64,000 nucleotides of DNA from Octopus vulgaris. Its lineage: Eukaryota. The stretch is from contig OX597830.1 of the NCBI GenBank assembly GCA_951406725.2, positions 28,148,001 to 28,212,000 on the forward strand. The letters run 5' to 3'. A program made the translations under genes and the position numbers. The notes beneath the pieces are model-generated. The model was given only the letters and a program-made list of their open reading frames with translations. It was not told where the DNA came from and ran no database searches. Below are positions 12,595 to 28,114 of this stretch, in pieces (position 1 is the stretch's first letter; every line of letters starts with the position of its first letter).

Positions 12595-14379
12595 CTCCTT
12601 AGTTTGCTTTTGCCCACAAAACTTACGCAACTGTTCTGATTACAAATAAATATAATCTTATTCAGAAAAAGATAACACAAACGTACAGTAAGGCAGAAAT
12701 TTTGTTATATACACTAGCTCAATAATTCCCCAAACACTAGTTTTTATTGTCCCTGAGCTGTTGAATGCCTTAACCTGACCTTAACGGAACTAGAACTCGG
12801 AATGTAAAGAGATGTAAGGTATTTTGTCTATCACTCAACCAATGTTGCGAGGATGTCGATAAAATGGATACAAAGCTACGATTTAATGGGTGGTGCCTAA
12901 TCGATTCATGCTATACCTATATTTGATAGAAAATATATTTCATCAACTCTGGTTCAAAACGGGACAGGTGTAATATATCCTTTGATTTTATCTATTCCAT
13001 CACACTCTCTATGTATTAATATATTCGAAACTAAAGATCCGGGAATTCAAAAAAAATATATCACAAATAAATATCGTTTTATAATTATCTTAAAATCACA
13101 TTTACAAAGAGTTTGAAGAATAGAGAAAAGTTGAAGAACAATATATTAAGTGAACAGAAAATTAAAGTCATTTTTTTTTCTGTAACAAAATACCGTGAAA
13201 TAATAGGATTCCGATGATATATTTCTGATGGGAATATAAAAAGGTTAACCTTTACAATCAACAGAGATTGAAATGTAATATGTCAAAATTGTATAAACCG
13301 AGATCTGTTCCCTTAAATGCCTAAACTTTCTAAGAGATGTATGAAGTGAATAGCATTCCCCCCAGAGGCTTTGTCTATATTATTCACATTAATACTTTTT
13401 AAGAGCCCCGATAGCAAAACATTCTCAATATATTCAGAGAGAAGTTATACGAAGCAAATTTGCAGTTGATATTTTGAGTTCCCCTGTGGGTGAACTCGAA
13501 ATATTTAGAAAAGTAGGTAGATTTGTGATTTTAGGCCAAGAGAGGCTGAAAAATCCCGTATATGAATGAACCGTAGCATTCATGTGTTGGTTTTCTATCT
13601 TCGTTATTTCTTTTTTTTTTTTTGTTAAATATAATCTTTTATCTTCGTTTCTACTCCCTCGTCATTTCACTTTCTACCCCTTCTTATTATTTTTTCAGCT
13701 CAATGAGTAAATGCATGCATGCTGTGCAATGAGTGATCTTGTATGTACAGGTGTAACTTGAAAACACAACCTCAACCCACGTTAAACACATACAATAAAT
13801 TTAAAGGTGGGCACATACACACGCACACTCACACACTCACTATCACACATATACACGTACAGAGCTTCACACATATACACACACACACAGCCTCAAACAT
13901 ACACACACAAAGCTGAAACAGCGTGTCATATTTTTCTTTTCTTCCTACCTATTACGAAGCAATATTTAGTCAAAATGCTTTAGAATATTCCAGTTCATGG
14001 ACGCCATTATAAAACTACATCTATATATGAGTTTATAAATACATAAAAACAGGTCCATATATTTACGTGTGTGTGTGTGTGTGTGTGTGAGTGTATGTGT
14101 GTGTGTGCGTGTGTGTGCGTGTGTATGCGCGTGGATATATATAGAGAGAGATAGATAGACAGATACATACACACACACGCACACATACACACACGTATAT
14201 ATATGAATATATATGAATGTGTACATGTAAATAAATATAATTTGAATATATATATATGCATACATATACATATATATTCTTTTATACTTTTACTTGTTTC
14301 TGTCATCTAACTGCGGCCATGCTGGTGCATTGCCTTGAATGTACAAGATGATCAGGCTAATTTCACGATATATATATAT

Positions 14380-14442
<63 letters not shown>

Positions 14443-14456
14443 CATATATATATATA

Positions 14457-14653
14457 GGGAGAGTTTACGTAAGCACAAAAGACGAAGGTAGGTGGTGTAC
14501 AAAACAAACAGATGTATTAGTATAACGCTCAGGAATTGAAAAAGTCTTTTACGTTTCGAGCCTACGCTCTTCTGCAGAAAGGGACACAGAAAAAAACAAG
14601 GAGAGAAACAAGGAGAGAAAAAAATGTGTGAAGTGGCTAACGATCTATCATGG

Positions 14654-14656
<3 letters not shown>
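14457..14656 (-). mobile_element. Neptune-like PLE 3' terminus with hammerhead, in (TA)n
   Basis: Homologous to the 3' end (21529-21714) of the RT/GIY-YIG-bearing element; flanked by TA repeats. Confidence 0.85.
14546..14581 (-). ncRNA. Minimal type I hammerhead ribozyme motif (A6C variant)
   Basis: Minus strand CTTT-CTGCAGA-A-GAGC(GTAG)GCTC-GAAA-CG-TA-AAAG: stem I, core, stem II, palindromic ACGT stem III, GUA site. Confidence 0.7.
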
Positions 14657-14711
<55 letters not shown>

Positions 14712-14799
14712 TTTCTTCAGGAACAGATTGATGTATTGGTGAGTTGTCAAAGTTGTTGGAGACCATAACGACAAATGTTGTAGGTGAGAAAAAGTCAGC

Positions 14800-15010
14800 T
14801 GACACGGAGAACTGGAAGCCATCTCAATATTGGAAAAAGCCTTATCTGTATCATGATGCTTCGCGCTGGATATGAAAATGGTGACATCATGACTGCTGCG
14901 CAATGCTGTGTGCACGTTGCAAAGACTATAATACGTGAGATGAGCAGCTGCAAATGAGACTACGAAGCTGTAACCGAGAGGAAGTCTCGCAGTAGACATT
15001 CTAAGCGGGT
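14800..15010 (+). mobile_element. Possible Tc1/mariner (maT-like) transposase N-terminal remnant
   Basis: Translates MMLRAGYENGDIMTAAQCCVHVAKTIIREMSSCK*DYEAVTERKSRSRHS, an HTH-like segment followed by a basic linker. Recognised from recall only; no TIR found. Confidence 0.35.
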
Positions 15011-15277
15011 CGCTACGCCGGAATTCATCCAGCAACTACCCTCACAACAATGAGCAGGGCCTTAGGCTCAGTTTAGACGCTATATAAAGCTACTGAAGAC
15101 CGTGGTCAATCTTTAGCTGGAGAATGTTGCTGCTCGATGCTCATATATGTGACAGTAAGATCCAACTTCCTGCCATATCTCTGGGAAGTGTCGTAGGTTG
15201 TTGTCAGAGAATTTCTGCGATTTCGCAAATCTCAATATCCGTTCTACTACAGTTCTATATTTAAGAGATGATGAATT

Positions 15278-15444
15278 ATGTACATTATTTACATTATTTA
15301 CATTTGATGGATATTTGTCCTCATCTCGTTTGTTGTTAAGTCAACGTTTCGGCTGATATATGCTGAAGGCCGAAACGTTGTGTTAACAACAAATAAGATG
15401 AGGACAAATATCCGTCAAATGTAAATAATGTAAATAATGTACAT
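15278..15444. mobile_element. Inverted pair of PLE-type terminal repeats (76-bp arms, 15-nt spacer)
   Basis: 15278-15353 vs 15369-15444 have about 5 mismatches. Each arm carries gccGAAACGTT, the 3' half of a minimal hammerhead. Confidence 0.7.
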
Positions 15445-15768
15445 CTGCTTTACTAATTGTAATGGATGACTATGTATGGGTCACGGTTGAGAAAGACACC
15501 AATGCTCTGCTTGTAAGCCAGGCCGAACTGGAGGCTAAGAAGAAGAAGGTGTTGGAAGATTGTCCTAAGAATATAGGTTGCAGAGCCGTTTTGAGGCCAT
15601 GGTGGAATCAAAAAGACGCTACTTTGAGTAAATTATATCTCACAGTATTAATCTAGTTGATATTTTTTCAGGTTTTAAAACTCTTTTGGTTTGGAAGAGA
15701 TATTGTGATTTATTTTCCTTTTATATGCAAACTGTCAAATTGAGCCTAAACAAATGTGTATGTATATA

Positions 15769-16208
15769 CTCTTTACTCTCTTTTACTCTTTTACTTGTTT
15801 CAGCCATTTGGATGTGGCCATGCTGGAGCACCGCCTTTAGTCGACCAAATCGCCCCTAGGACTTATTCTTTGTACGCCTAGTACTTATTCTATCGGTCAC
15901 TTTTGCCGAACCGCTAAGTTACGGGGACGTAAACATACCAGCAACGGTTGTCAAGCGATGTTGAGGGGACAGACACACAAAAATATGCACACACACACAC
16001 ACACACACAGACACACACACATATATATACATATATACATATATACGACGGGCTTCTTTCAGTTTCCGTATAACAAATCCACTCACATGGCTTTGGTCGG
16101 CCCGAGGCTATAGTAGAAGACACTTGCCCAAGGAGCCGCGCACTGGGTCTGAACCCGGAAACATGTGGTTGGTAAGCAAGCTACATACCACAGAGCCACT
16201 CCTACGCC
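15769..16208 (-). mobile_element. Full-length SINE family A (tRNA head, CORE-like segment, internal microsatellite, (GTAAAAGA)n tail)
   Basis: Close reverse-complement match to 45371-45806. Confidence 0.9.
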
Positions 16209-16240
16209 ATATATATGTATGTATATATGAATATATAAGC

Positions 16241-16290
<50 letters not shown>

Positions 16291-16398
16291 GTATATATAT
16301 GTATATATATATACATACATACATACATATATATATACATACATACATACATACATATATATACATACATACATACATACATATATACATACATACAT

Positions 16399-16438
<40 letters not shown>

Positions 16439-16988
16439 ACACACATATATATATATATATATGCATGTATATATATAGTTGTTCAGACAAAATTTGACAG
16501 TTTGTATTAAAGGAAAAGGCCATTTATCAGGACATCCTGGCATTTCATGTAGTGAACATCTCGATATTTGTGCAAATGGAAAAAAAATCAAAGTTTGTTC
16601 TATTTTTTTCAAAATAAAAGAAGAAAATGATCAATAACGATAGGCAAAAGAAGAATGCATTATTGGTATTTTAAATCCGACGCTAAACCGGAAATAGTAA
16701 ACTCCACTACTGAAAACAACTTCCTCCAAACGGATTCCTACATTGCACGCATATTTGGAAAACTTAACAAAAGCTCTCACACAAAAATTCGAAAGCTTCC
16801 TTCCCCAAAAAAGTTTGTGCTTTCTAGATTTATTTTGTATCGATTATTCAATGTTTTAAGAAAAAATCTTTCTTTAAATCTATACAGAGACACTCTATAA
16901 GGTTTGGCGATTATTAATGTGTGTGTGTGGTTGTGTGTGCCAAGCAAGAATAAGGTATATATACATACAAACATACATATATGCATAC

Positions 16989-17024
<36 letters not shown>

Positions 17025-17034
17025 CTAGAGATTC

Positions 17035-17425
17035 CTCTTTAACTTATTTTGGTCATTTGACTGCGGCCATGCTGGAGCACCGCCTTAAAGAGTTTTCTAG
17101 TCGAAGAACTCCAACCCAGGACTGGTTCTTTGTGATTCTGGTACCTTTTTATCGGTCCCTTTTGCCGAAACGATAAGTTACAGGGACATAAACACACCAG
17201 CATCGATTATCAAGCGATGCTGGTGGCGGGTACACACATATAAATATATAAATATATACATACGACGGACCTCTTTCAGTTTCCATCTACCAAATCAACT
17301 CACAAGGTTTTGCTTGGCCCAAGTCTTTAGTAGAAGACACCTTTCCAAGTAGATGCCACGCAATGGGACTGAACCTGGAACCACGTGGTTGTGAACCAAG
17401 CTTATTACTACACAGCCACGACCGC
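17035..17425 (-). mobile_element. SINE family A
   Basis: Collinear with 15769-16208, more diverged. Confidence 0.85.
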
Positions 17426-17649
17426 ATCATCGTCATCAATATTATTGATTGATTGAATCGATGCCAACGTATGAAATGCATTTTACGATATTGACTTATG
17501 AAATACAAACTCAGCGCAAGTAGGATTTGAAACTAGATTGCCCTAGATCAAGTTTCAATTGAGAGAGAAGCATTCTTTTCAATGGACCCGAAACGTGAAC
17601 TATAAAGAAACCTTCATGGAATATAGACCAGGCTTCTCTATTCGCAATC

Positions 17650-17800
17650 CGTGACAGCCGGTGTTGGTTCACTCACGTGAAAATTAGCGGTTGGGTAAAA
17701 GGATTAGATACAAAAATTCTTGTTCAAGGAAAACTATTTAAAGTGGTGCTACAGCATGGTGCTACAGCATGGCCGTAGTTCATTTACTGAAACAAATAAG
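17650..17800 (+). mobile_element. SINE family A 3' half, degenerate
   Basis: gacagccggtgttggt..ttagcggtt..ggtgctacagcatggccgtagttcatttactgaaacaa. Confidence 0.6.
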
Positions 17801-18289
17801 ATGTATGAAATAGAACAGATGTTTCCTTTTTCAGATATTATTTACACACACAACTCTAACATTCTAAAGAAAGCAACATGTGATAGTAAGATAGCCATTA
17901 TGCTAAGTCCAAAATATTCTTACTATATCATAGGCGTTCTCTCTGATATTAAATAGCAATCTTTGGTAGAAAACATGCAAAGGAGCATACCAACGCCCAC
18001 CCATTCTGTCCGGGTATTGACGAGGGCAAACCGTGAAAAAAAAAAAAAAGAACACGAAAAAATTAATGAATAAGATATTATAAAACTAATCAAAATAATC
18101 GCTTCTCTCTCACACTCTCTCTCAACCTTCCTCTCTCCCTCTCTCTCTCTCGCTTCAAATGTTTTTGCAGCTGCTTTTTATATTATTCAAACAAGAAAAC
18201 AAAACCGACATAATCTTTAATAACACACCAATCGTACATCATTAGGAATAGTAATATTAGTAGTCAGAGATGTGTTATAATAATACTGA

Positions 18290-20200
<1,911 letters not shown>

Positions 20201-20750
20201 GCTGGTGGAAAGTATTGTTATTGCTGTTTTAAGATGATGTAGACGCTGCATTGACATGTGATTTGTTGATAACAATACGAACTTGCAATTTTTATTAGTA
20301 ATTTCTTTTTCGCCATTGTTTCTACTATAAAGCAAACCAATAATATGAGATTGGTGACTGGTTCATTAATTAATTGACTGATTAATTAATTTATAAAGTG
20401 ATTAATTGTTTAATTGTTTAGCTGATAGATTGAGTGTTCGATTCATTGATTGAATGATTGATTAATTGTGTCTATAACTAGATGTCAGTGATTATAATAA
20501 CGAATGGAAATGATATTACGCTGCGTCGCTATCCGCTTGAAAACATATGGTTGAGTGAGTGATAACATACTTATTTTAGCGAAGCAAACAAATTAAATTT
20601 ATTACAGTTATCTTTACTGCGATGAAGAGGTGGTGGTGAGAAATATAGGCTCATTGACATGTCTAACGATAAACCAATCTGGTTAAGGGAAAGAGGTGAA
20701 AAACACCGACTTTATAATTAATTGAAATTTGCACTATGTATAGAGTAAAG

Positions 20751-20803
<53 letters not shown>

Positions 20804-20814
20804 AAAATAAACAA

Positions 20815-21047
20815 TTCCTTCTCGAGCCATGCCAGGTTCCTGACGGGCAGTTTCCCAGTTCCAATGGCGTATATATTACTCACCTGGCCGGGACGCCGGT
20901 CCGTCGCAAGATTACAAAATTTTGCCAGCTGAGTGGACTGGAGCAACGTGAAATGAAGTGTTTTGCTCGCGAATACAACATAGGACTGGTCCAGGAATCG
21001 AAACCACAATCTTACGTTCATGAGTACAACACGCTAACCACACGCCT
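20815..21047 (-). mobile_element. SINE family C
   Basis: Reverse-complement match to 12341-12594 along its length. Confidence 0.8.
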
Positions 21048-21048
21048 C

Positions 21049-21136
<88 letters not shown>

Positions 21137-21138
21137 TA

Positions 21139-21510
21139 CAGGGTGATTCAAAAGTCTCCATTCATAGGAAAACATTTTATTGTTTTATAAGAGACAGGTA
21201 ATAAGATTCCCTAGATCCCCCAATCTGACCCCTCTTGATAGCTATCTTTGGGGGCATTTGAAAGGCATGGCGTATCGCGAAAAGATAAAAGACAAAGTCT
21301 TTGAAGCAACGCATCACCAACTCATTTGTACACGTATTACCAGATGTACTATTACGAGATCACAATGAGTGGGGCAAACGTATTGTAATGTGTATTCAAA
21401 ACAATGGTAACCACATAGAGCCTGTTAAATTAAAAAAAAACTGTTCTTATAATCAATTTCTTATAAAAAGATAAATTGTTCCTATGTATGGCGACTTTTG
21501 AATCACCCTG
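21139..21510 (+). mobile_element. Internally deleted Tc1/mariner element (rosa/DD41D-like), 372 bp
   Basis: TIRs CAGGGTGATTCAAAAGTC.CCAT.CATAGGAA at both ends with TA flanks. The interior encodes FPRSPNLTPLDSYLWGHLKGMAY and, after a frameshift, WGKRIVMCIQNNGNHIE (transposase C-terminus with a third catalytic D). Confidence 0.85.
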
Positions 21511-21616
21511 TATATATATATATATATAGTTGAAATTTATGAAAAGCAAAAGACGAAGACATGTGTATGAACAACGAAGTGGCATATTAGTTTGATGCTC
21601 GAGAAAGTGAGAAAGT

Positions 21617-21652
21617 CTTTTATGTTTCGAGCCTATGCTCTTCAGCAGAAAG
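21617..21652 (-). ncRNA. Minimal hammerhead motif in the PLE 3' repeat
   Basis: CTTT-CTGCTGA-A-GAGC(ATAG)GCTC-GAAA-CA-TA-AAAG; stem III CG has changed to CA. Confidence 0.6.
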
Positions 21653-22082
21653 TTCTTAGAGAAAATATACAGAGAGAGAATGAAAAACTTGTGGATTAAG
21701 CGATCATACATGGCGGGTGGTTGGGAGAAAAAGGTTTTGACAGTAGAGGTAGAAAGAAGGGGAGATGATAAAGTATTGGTAATCTCAAAATGAAGGTGTG
21801 CGTGTGTGTATGTGAGAGTGTGTCTATGTGTGCGTGTGTGGATAGGGGCTAGTGATTTTGACGTGTGGATGTGTGCGTATGTGTGTGCGTCTGTAATGTG
21901 TGGGTGTGTGTGGATGATGGTTTGTGGGTGTGCAGATGATAGTGTGTGGTGTGGATGTTTGATAGGAGTGGAGTATGTGGGTTTGGGATGTTGGGTGTGT
22001 AGTGCGGATGGGGTATCAGTGAAAAAATTTTGGCAGGAGTGAAGAGAGGAAGTAGGCGTCAGATGAAGAGAGAAGAGGGGAA

Positions 22083-22817
22083 TCAGATGAAGACAGGAGA
22101 GGAGTTAAGCCCATGTGACGCAAAGGAGCGAATTGAGAATATTAATTCTTGTCCACGGCGAAGGCGTGAGTCCGGATGGCCCTTGTGCAAAGACAATCCG
22201 AACACAGACAGGTATTTGTTGTGAATGACTGGTAGAGCGGAAATGGCGGCGACCGGGGTGTCATTGCCGAGTCTGATGCCTAGGAGGTACTCTGCGAATC
22301 GGTCAGCCAAGCGTCGTCCCATTTGGCTGATATACAGAGAAGGGTAGAAAGAGCATGAGACGCAGTAAATGACGTTGCTAGAAGTGCAGGTAAAGGGGTC
22401 GGTGATATGATTGATATGATGATGGGTGCCTTTGAGGATGGTGGAGTTGGAGAGGTAGGGGAAAGTGTGACAGCTTTGATGGGAGCAGGGGAAGAAGCCA
22501 GGTTGGGAGGTGGGGTTACGGAAGAAACTGTAAACAAATAGGTCACGCAGGTTGTGGGCTCGTTTCAAAGAGGGAAGGGGTAGGTTGGGGAAGATGTGAG
22601 AAGTGCAGCGGTCGGGCTGGAATCGCCGGAAGTCTCGGAGAATTGTGCGTTGGAGGGACAGGGTGGAGAGATGGTAGGTAAGAGGAAACTGGAGAAGGGT
22701 AACGACGGGGCAGATGCAGGGAGAGAGAGTTGAGGCACGGTCCAAGGAACGTGCTCTGACGAGGGCTGTGTGGATAGTGGTGAGCGGATATCCACGAATG
22801 ATGACGTGGCAAGCCAT
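22083..22817 (-). pseudogene. PLE RT-thumb/GIY-YIG ORF remnant (244 aa)
   Basis: ORF track translation carries the motifs above; YIG has decayed to YIS. Confidence 0.85.
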
Positions 22818-24611
22818 GAGTTGAGGCTGAGTCTCAAAGTCATGGTTACCACTGCAGAGCCTGCGCAGACGGAGGAATCGAGAGTAGGGGATGGAAGGCT
22901 TGGTGTGGGTAAGGTGAGAGGGTGAGAAGTTAAAGTATGAATTTGAGTGTGTTTGTAGTGGATGGAGGTAGCGAGAGCAGAGTTGTGTATGTTGACCGAA
23001 ATGTCGGGAAATGCGACTGAAATGTTGGAGATAGTGCAGGACTATTCAAGGCAGGGTGGAAGGATTGGACAAAAGAGAGGAAGGAGTCTAGTTGAGTGCA
23101 GGAGAGTGAGGTCGCACCGATACAGTCATCAATATAACAACCGTATAGATACTACTCTAATATTATACCAGACTGAATAGACAAGGACACTGGACTAACT
23201 GCACATGGGTCAAGATTTGATACTGCAGCTGACTGAATATTCCTTGAGTGGATGCTCCTCGTGAGATTTTTTCATTGATATGTTTGTCTTTGGTTATCGC
23301 CAAACCAGTCTTCATAAAGCCGTTCTAGAATCTATGCAATTTCATCCGTGACCATCCCGCATTTTTATTACCATTTTCATTATCAATGTCTTTTCGTTTT
23401 GTTTTATCTTTCAGGTAGAAGATTGGCTTGAGAACGATCAAGCTATATTATGTAGCACGTCGAATGGCCTTATAAAGGCCCAAAGCTGACCGTTGTATAA
23501 GTGGATGTATTGTATGCACGTGTATCAGGTTTGCGAATATCATATGTAAAGGAGAGCATGTGTGTGTCCGTGTGTGTGCATGTGTGTGTTTGTGTGTGTA
23601 CGTTTAACTAGTTCTAGAAAATAGTCACGCCTACAGGTACCTTCTTCGTCATGTATCAGAGGAGACTTAAGCCTTTTAACTAAAGCTTGTTTATACTACT
23701 GGATTCAGGATAATGTTTTGCCTTGTACTAATTACTGCGTTTGTGTCAAATAAACTGTTTTTTTTTTGTTCCCGCATTTTACACTTCTCATATATTTAGA
23801 ATCCAACACTAGAAATTGTTTGACCAACTGGGGATGTAGCTGCTGGAGTAATTTCTTCGAAACGTCAACCAGAGTCCTTCAAATAATTCCTTGTAATCTT
23901 AACAAAGAAAAGAATTATAGAAAAGTGTAACACTTGATATACCGTGACTGTAAAAAAAAAAGAGACAAAATGGTCTCGACAAGAATGATCTTGATTACAT
24001 TTCTACTGTAGCAAGGAGCACAAGAAGCATTTAAAATTATGTAAATCTAAAACAACGGCCATAATAACAAAAAGGATAAATGAGCAAGTGTCAGATATAT
24101 ACACTCATACACACAAACACTATCATGTGCATGCATGTATGAATATATGGACAATTCATGCATGCATACGTAGATATATACAAAATCTATGTATGTTTAC
24201 ATGTATGTGTATGAAGTACAGTTGGTATACTTGGGCACGGCAAACTAAATGGAATATACTTATTTATATCAAGTGCCATTCGTATTTATATCCAGTGCTA
24301 AGATTTAGTAACTAATTATAGAAGATCAGTAACTAGAATTTTCAGTGTTAGCTGGTGTTGTTTCGAAGTGAAAATGTGAATTACTGATTGTAATTTGATC
24401 TTTTATTCTGACCTACAACAAAATACGTTATTAAATATTCTTATCCTGATACGAGTTTATTCCATGATAACTTATGTTGTTAAAGTGTGAATTTGTAATA
24501 TTCACGCCTTCCCTGGGATCAAAGCTATTCTGATAAAATGCTGGACTGGCCCTTTGTATTCCGAGTTCAAATTCCTTTCAGGTCAAATTTGCCTTTCACT
24601 ATTGCGACGAC

Positions 24612-24658
<47 letters not shown>

Positions 24659-26156
24659 GTTGCAATAGTGAAAGGCAAATTTATAGACAAATATATATAT
24701 ATATATATAACAAGTAACGTTCAGTGTTGCCGATCAATTTAATATACATATGAAACATAAAGCAACCTACATATGATTGGAATTATAACATTAGATTAAA
24801 ACTAAATAGGCAAACGAGAATCGAAACCAAAGTGTGTGGGGAGAGAGAATGGAAAGCCGTTCGCTAAAAAGCTTATTTACTTCACATTCCATGCTGATCA
24901 ACTGGGTAAATACTTATCTTCTCATTGATGTTTGTGTGCGGGGAATCTGTCATCATATGACTTAATAAAGACTTCGAGTTTCAATTAGCAATAAGCAAAA
25001 CATTATGCTATCGACTTACACAGGCGCTAATAAAAAGTTAATGGACGCGTTTTGTTTTATCACCTTAATTCTACTCCCATAAATCTGACTTCATTCCCGC
25101 GTTTCCTATTTGGATTGAATTAATAACGGCGACATAGATACATCTACAACTCTTTAGGCTGATACATTAATCACTCGCTTTTTAATTAGATTGCCTAATT
25201 GAAGACAACTGCCCGTGGTCGACAAATCGATTGATCAGAATTAGAAAGAAGTATGTGCATATGTTTATATGTTCATTATGTTAATCTAAGTATATGTATG
25301 TATACCTGTGGGCGCATATGTGCGTGAGTATGCGTATGCGTCTGTATATGTGTATGCTTGATGTGTACATATGTGTGTGTGTGTATGAGTAATTGTTGAT
25401 GTATATATCAGTTTTACGCATATTAGACGTCTACATACAATAAAGAATAGACGTGTATATATATAAATATATATTTATGTGTGTGTATGTGTTTATAGAC
25501 ATATAAACACTTGCACATACAGACGCATAGGTCTCTGTGTGTATGTTTGTTGTGTATCTGTGCACAAATGTATATGTATATATATATATATATATATGTG
25601 TGTATGTGTGTGCATGTATGTATATATATGCGTTATCAGCTAAGTATATAAGTATTATAGGTGTGAAAATATATACCGGATTGTATGTTATGAGCGCGTG
25701 TTTATACTCGATTTGGTGTGCAATTACAGACACACACCCACCCACACAAGCACATACACACACACACACACACACACAAGCATACACATGCACACACATC
25801 ACACACGATTGCACATATACACACACGCGTAGCTGTATGAGTGTGTATATATGTATATGGGTCTAAATATATACGTTGTGTTATTTTGATGAATATGTGC
25901 ATCTATTAAACGATATCCATACTAAATGTGACGATGGCTGCAGGTGTATAGTGTTTTGTATACGTATACGTATACGTATATACATATACGTATGTACATA
26001 TACGTATATACATATACGTATATACATATTTCTATACCTATGTGTAGGTGTTTGTGCATCTATCTTGTATGTAACTATGGGCTTATAGGTGCGGTGCCTT
26101 TATCTAATGGAATGCAATACAATATGTAAACAAAGTAATATTATATTTTGGCTTTT

Positions 26157-26355
26157 CATGTGTGCTAAGAAGCTTGCTTCCCAACCACATGGTTCCCGGT
26201 TCAGTCCCACTGCAAGGTACTGCATGACATGTGTCTTCTGCTATAGCCAAGGGCCGACCAAAGCCTTGTGAGTGAATTTGGTAGGCGGGAACTGGAAGAA
26301 GCCCGTCATACATACATATACATACATCCATACATACATACATATATATATATAA

Positions 26356-26427
<72 letters not shown>

Positions 26428-26888
26428 TTGTATGTATATATAGGGAGAATTCACAAAAAAAAAGCAAAAGACGAGGACAGGTGCTGTGGACAACAAACAG
26501 ATGTATTAGTATAACGCTCGGGAAGTGAAAAAATCTTAACGTTTCGAGCTTACGCTCTTCCACAGAAAGGAACACAGAAAGAAACAGGGAAAGAAAATAA
26601 AAGAATGTGTAGTGGCTAGCAATCTATCATGGCGAATGCCGGACAAATATACATATTTGCCGGTCAAATATATGTATTTGCGTTTGTGTGTCTGTTAGTC
26701 CTCCTTCCATCCCTTGAAAACCGATGTTGGTGTGATTACGTCCCCGTAACTTAGTGGTTCGGCAAAAGACCGACAGAGTAAGTACTAGGCATTCAAAGAA
26801 TTAGTCCTGGGGTCGATTTGTTCGACTAAAGGCGGTGCTATGGCATGACCGCAGTCAACTGACTGAAACACATAAAATAATAAAAGAA
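26157..26888 (+). mobile_element. SINE family A interrupted by a nested PLE terminus
   Basis: Head 26157-26308 and tail 26690-26888 match 45371-45806. Confidence 0.85.
26443..26646 (-). mobile_element. Neptune-like PLE 3' terminus with hammerhead (26535-26569)
   Basis: Homologous to 14457-14656. Minus-strand motif CTTT-CTGTGGA-A-GAGC(GTAA)GCTC-GAAA-CG-TT-AAG. Confidence 0.85.
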
Positions 26889-26988
26889 TATATATACACC
26901 TCTCTTTCTCTCTCTCCCTCTTGATCTATCTATCAATCTAACTATCTATTTATCTATCTATCTGTCTATCTATCTTTCTATCTATCTT

Positions 26989-27027
<39 letters not shown>

Positions 27028-27317
27028 GTCTATCTATCTATCTATCTATATATCTGTCTGTCTATCTATTGAATTAAGTATGACCCAGTTTGTATGTTCA
27101 TATATATATTTGCACAATAACTTTGCATAGTATATATGCACAATGATTCTGACATATCTTGTATATCCAAAACACATCAAATAAACTTTCAAATCGTAGG
27201 TTAATAAACTCTATGTAATAGGAGTAGCGCAGGTACTAGCCACAGCAGCAGCAGCGGTAGTAGTAGTATTAACAGTAGCGACATCATCATCATCAGCAGC
27301 AGCAGTAGTAGTAGTAA

Positions 27318-27390
<73 letters not shown>

Positions 27391-27905
27391 TGTAGTAGCA
27401 GTAGTATGGTGTGATGCGCTGTATCAACGCGTCTCCACATCCACCGTTATTTTGGTTATTCGCCACACGCTTTGCACCTTTCAGACAACAACCCTACAAC
27501 TCATGGGTCTCTTGGGGGTAATTATAACTTGTGAGGGTCTATTTTTGGACATACCGGACCCCGCGCAGCACTAAACTAAAGTGAATTAAAGTGTTTTGCT
27601 CAAGATCGCAAAACACCAAGATCGATCCAGAAATCGAACCAGGCAACACCCTGGCCACTAGTTCACTCACCTTGACCTCACTTCTCCATCACAGTAACTT
27701 ATATTGCGTCTGCCACCGTTTTACTAATCAGACGGAACTGTTACGGAAATATTTGTGCATATACTAATAATTATGTGCCTCGATATATGTGTACTGCTTT
27801 GAGTATATATGAAACTTATACAAATCCATGGGGCTATTTTTACCCGTCAGCTTTTCGCCTCCCCATACGTCGGACGTCTCCAAGATGATGGAAATTTTAG
27901 TTTCA

Positions 27906-28114
27906 GAATATAGCACAAAGCCAGCCATTTCAAAGGAGCGAGTTAAGTCAACTACATCGACCCCAGTAATAAATTAGTGCTTGTATTATCGATAAGGAAA
28001 GGATGAATGGCAAAGTCGACCGCAGTGGAGTTTGAACTCAGAATTTAAAGACACACGGAGTGCCGCTAAGCATTTTTGCTGGCGTGGTAGCGATCCTGCT
28101 AGCTCGTGGCATTT
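27906..28114 (-). mobile_element. SINE family B
   Basis: ggaaaggatgaatggcaaagtcgac..tttgaactcagaa..ccgctaagcattt. Confidence 0.8.

Larger units (their letters stand above)
21529..23150 (-). mobile_element. 5'-truncated Neptune-type Penelope-like retroelement (RT C-terminal half, Cys linker, GIY-YIG endonuclease, 3' terminal repeat)
   Basis: YIDD at 23136-23125 (YIDDCIGATS..FVQSFHPALN), thumb SIPYSRFLRLRRLCS..RGYP, linker GFFPCSHQSCHT, GIY-YIG-like FTCTSSNVIYCVSC...LYISQMGRRLADRFAE, C-terminal HGLN. Contains frameshifts; the 3' end abuts (TA)n. Confidence 0.9.

Noticed and set aside
13090-13460. Possible decayed gypsy RT (HLQRV..KLK..FF..IG pattern)
   Set aside because: Too many stops and frameshifts, with no catalytic motif or LTRs; needs a profile search.
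16485-16900. Possible old mariner MITE (ends gacactctata)
   Set aside because: The ends are not convincingly complementary.
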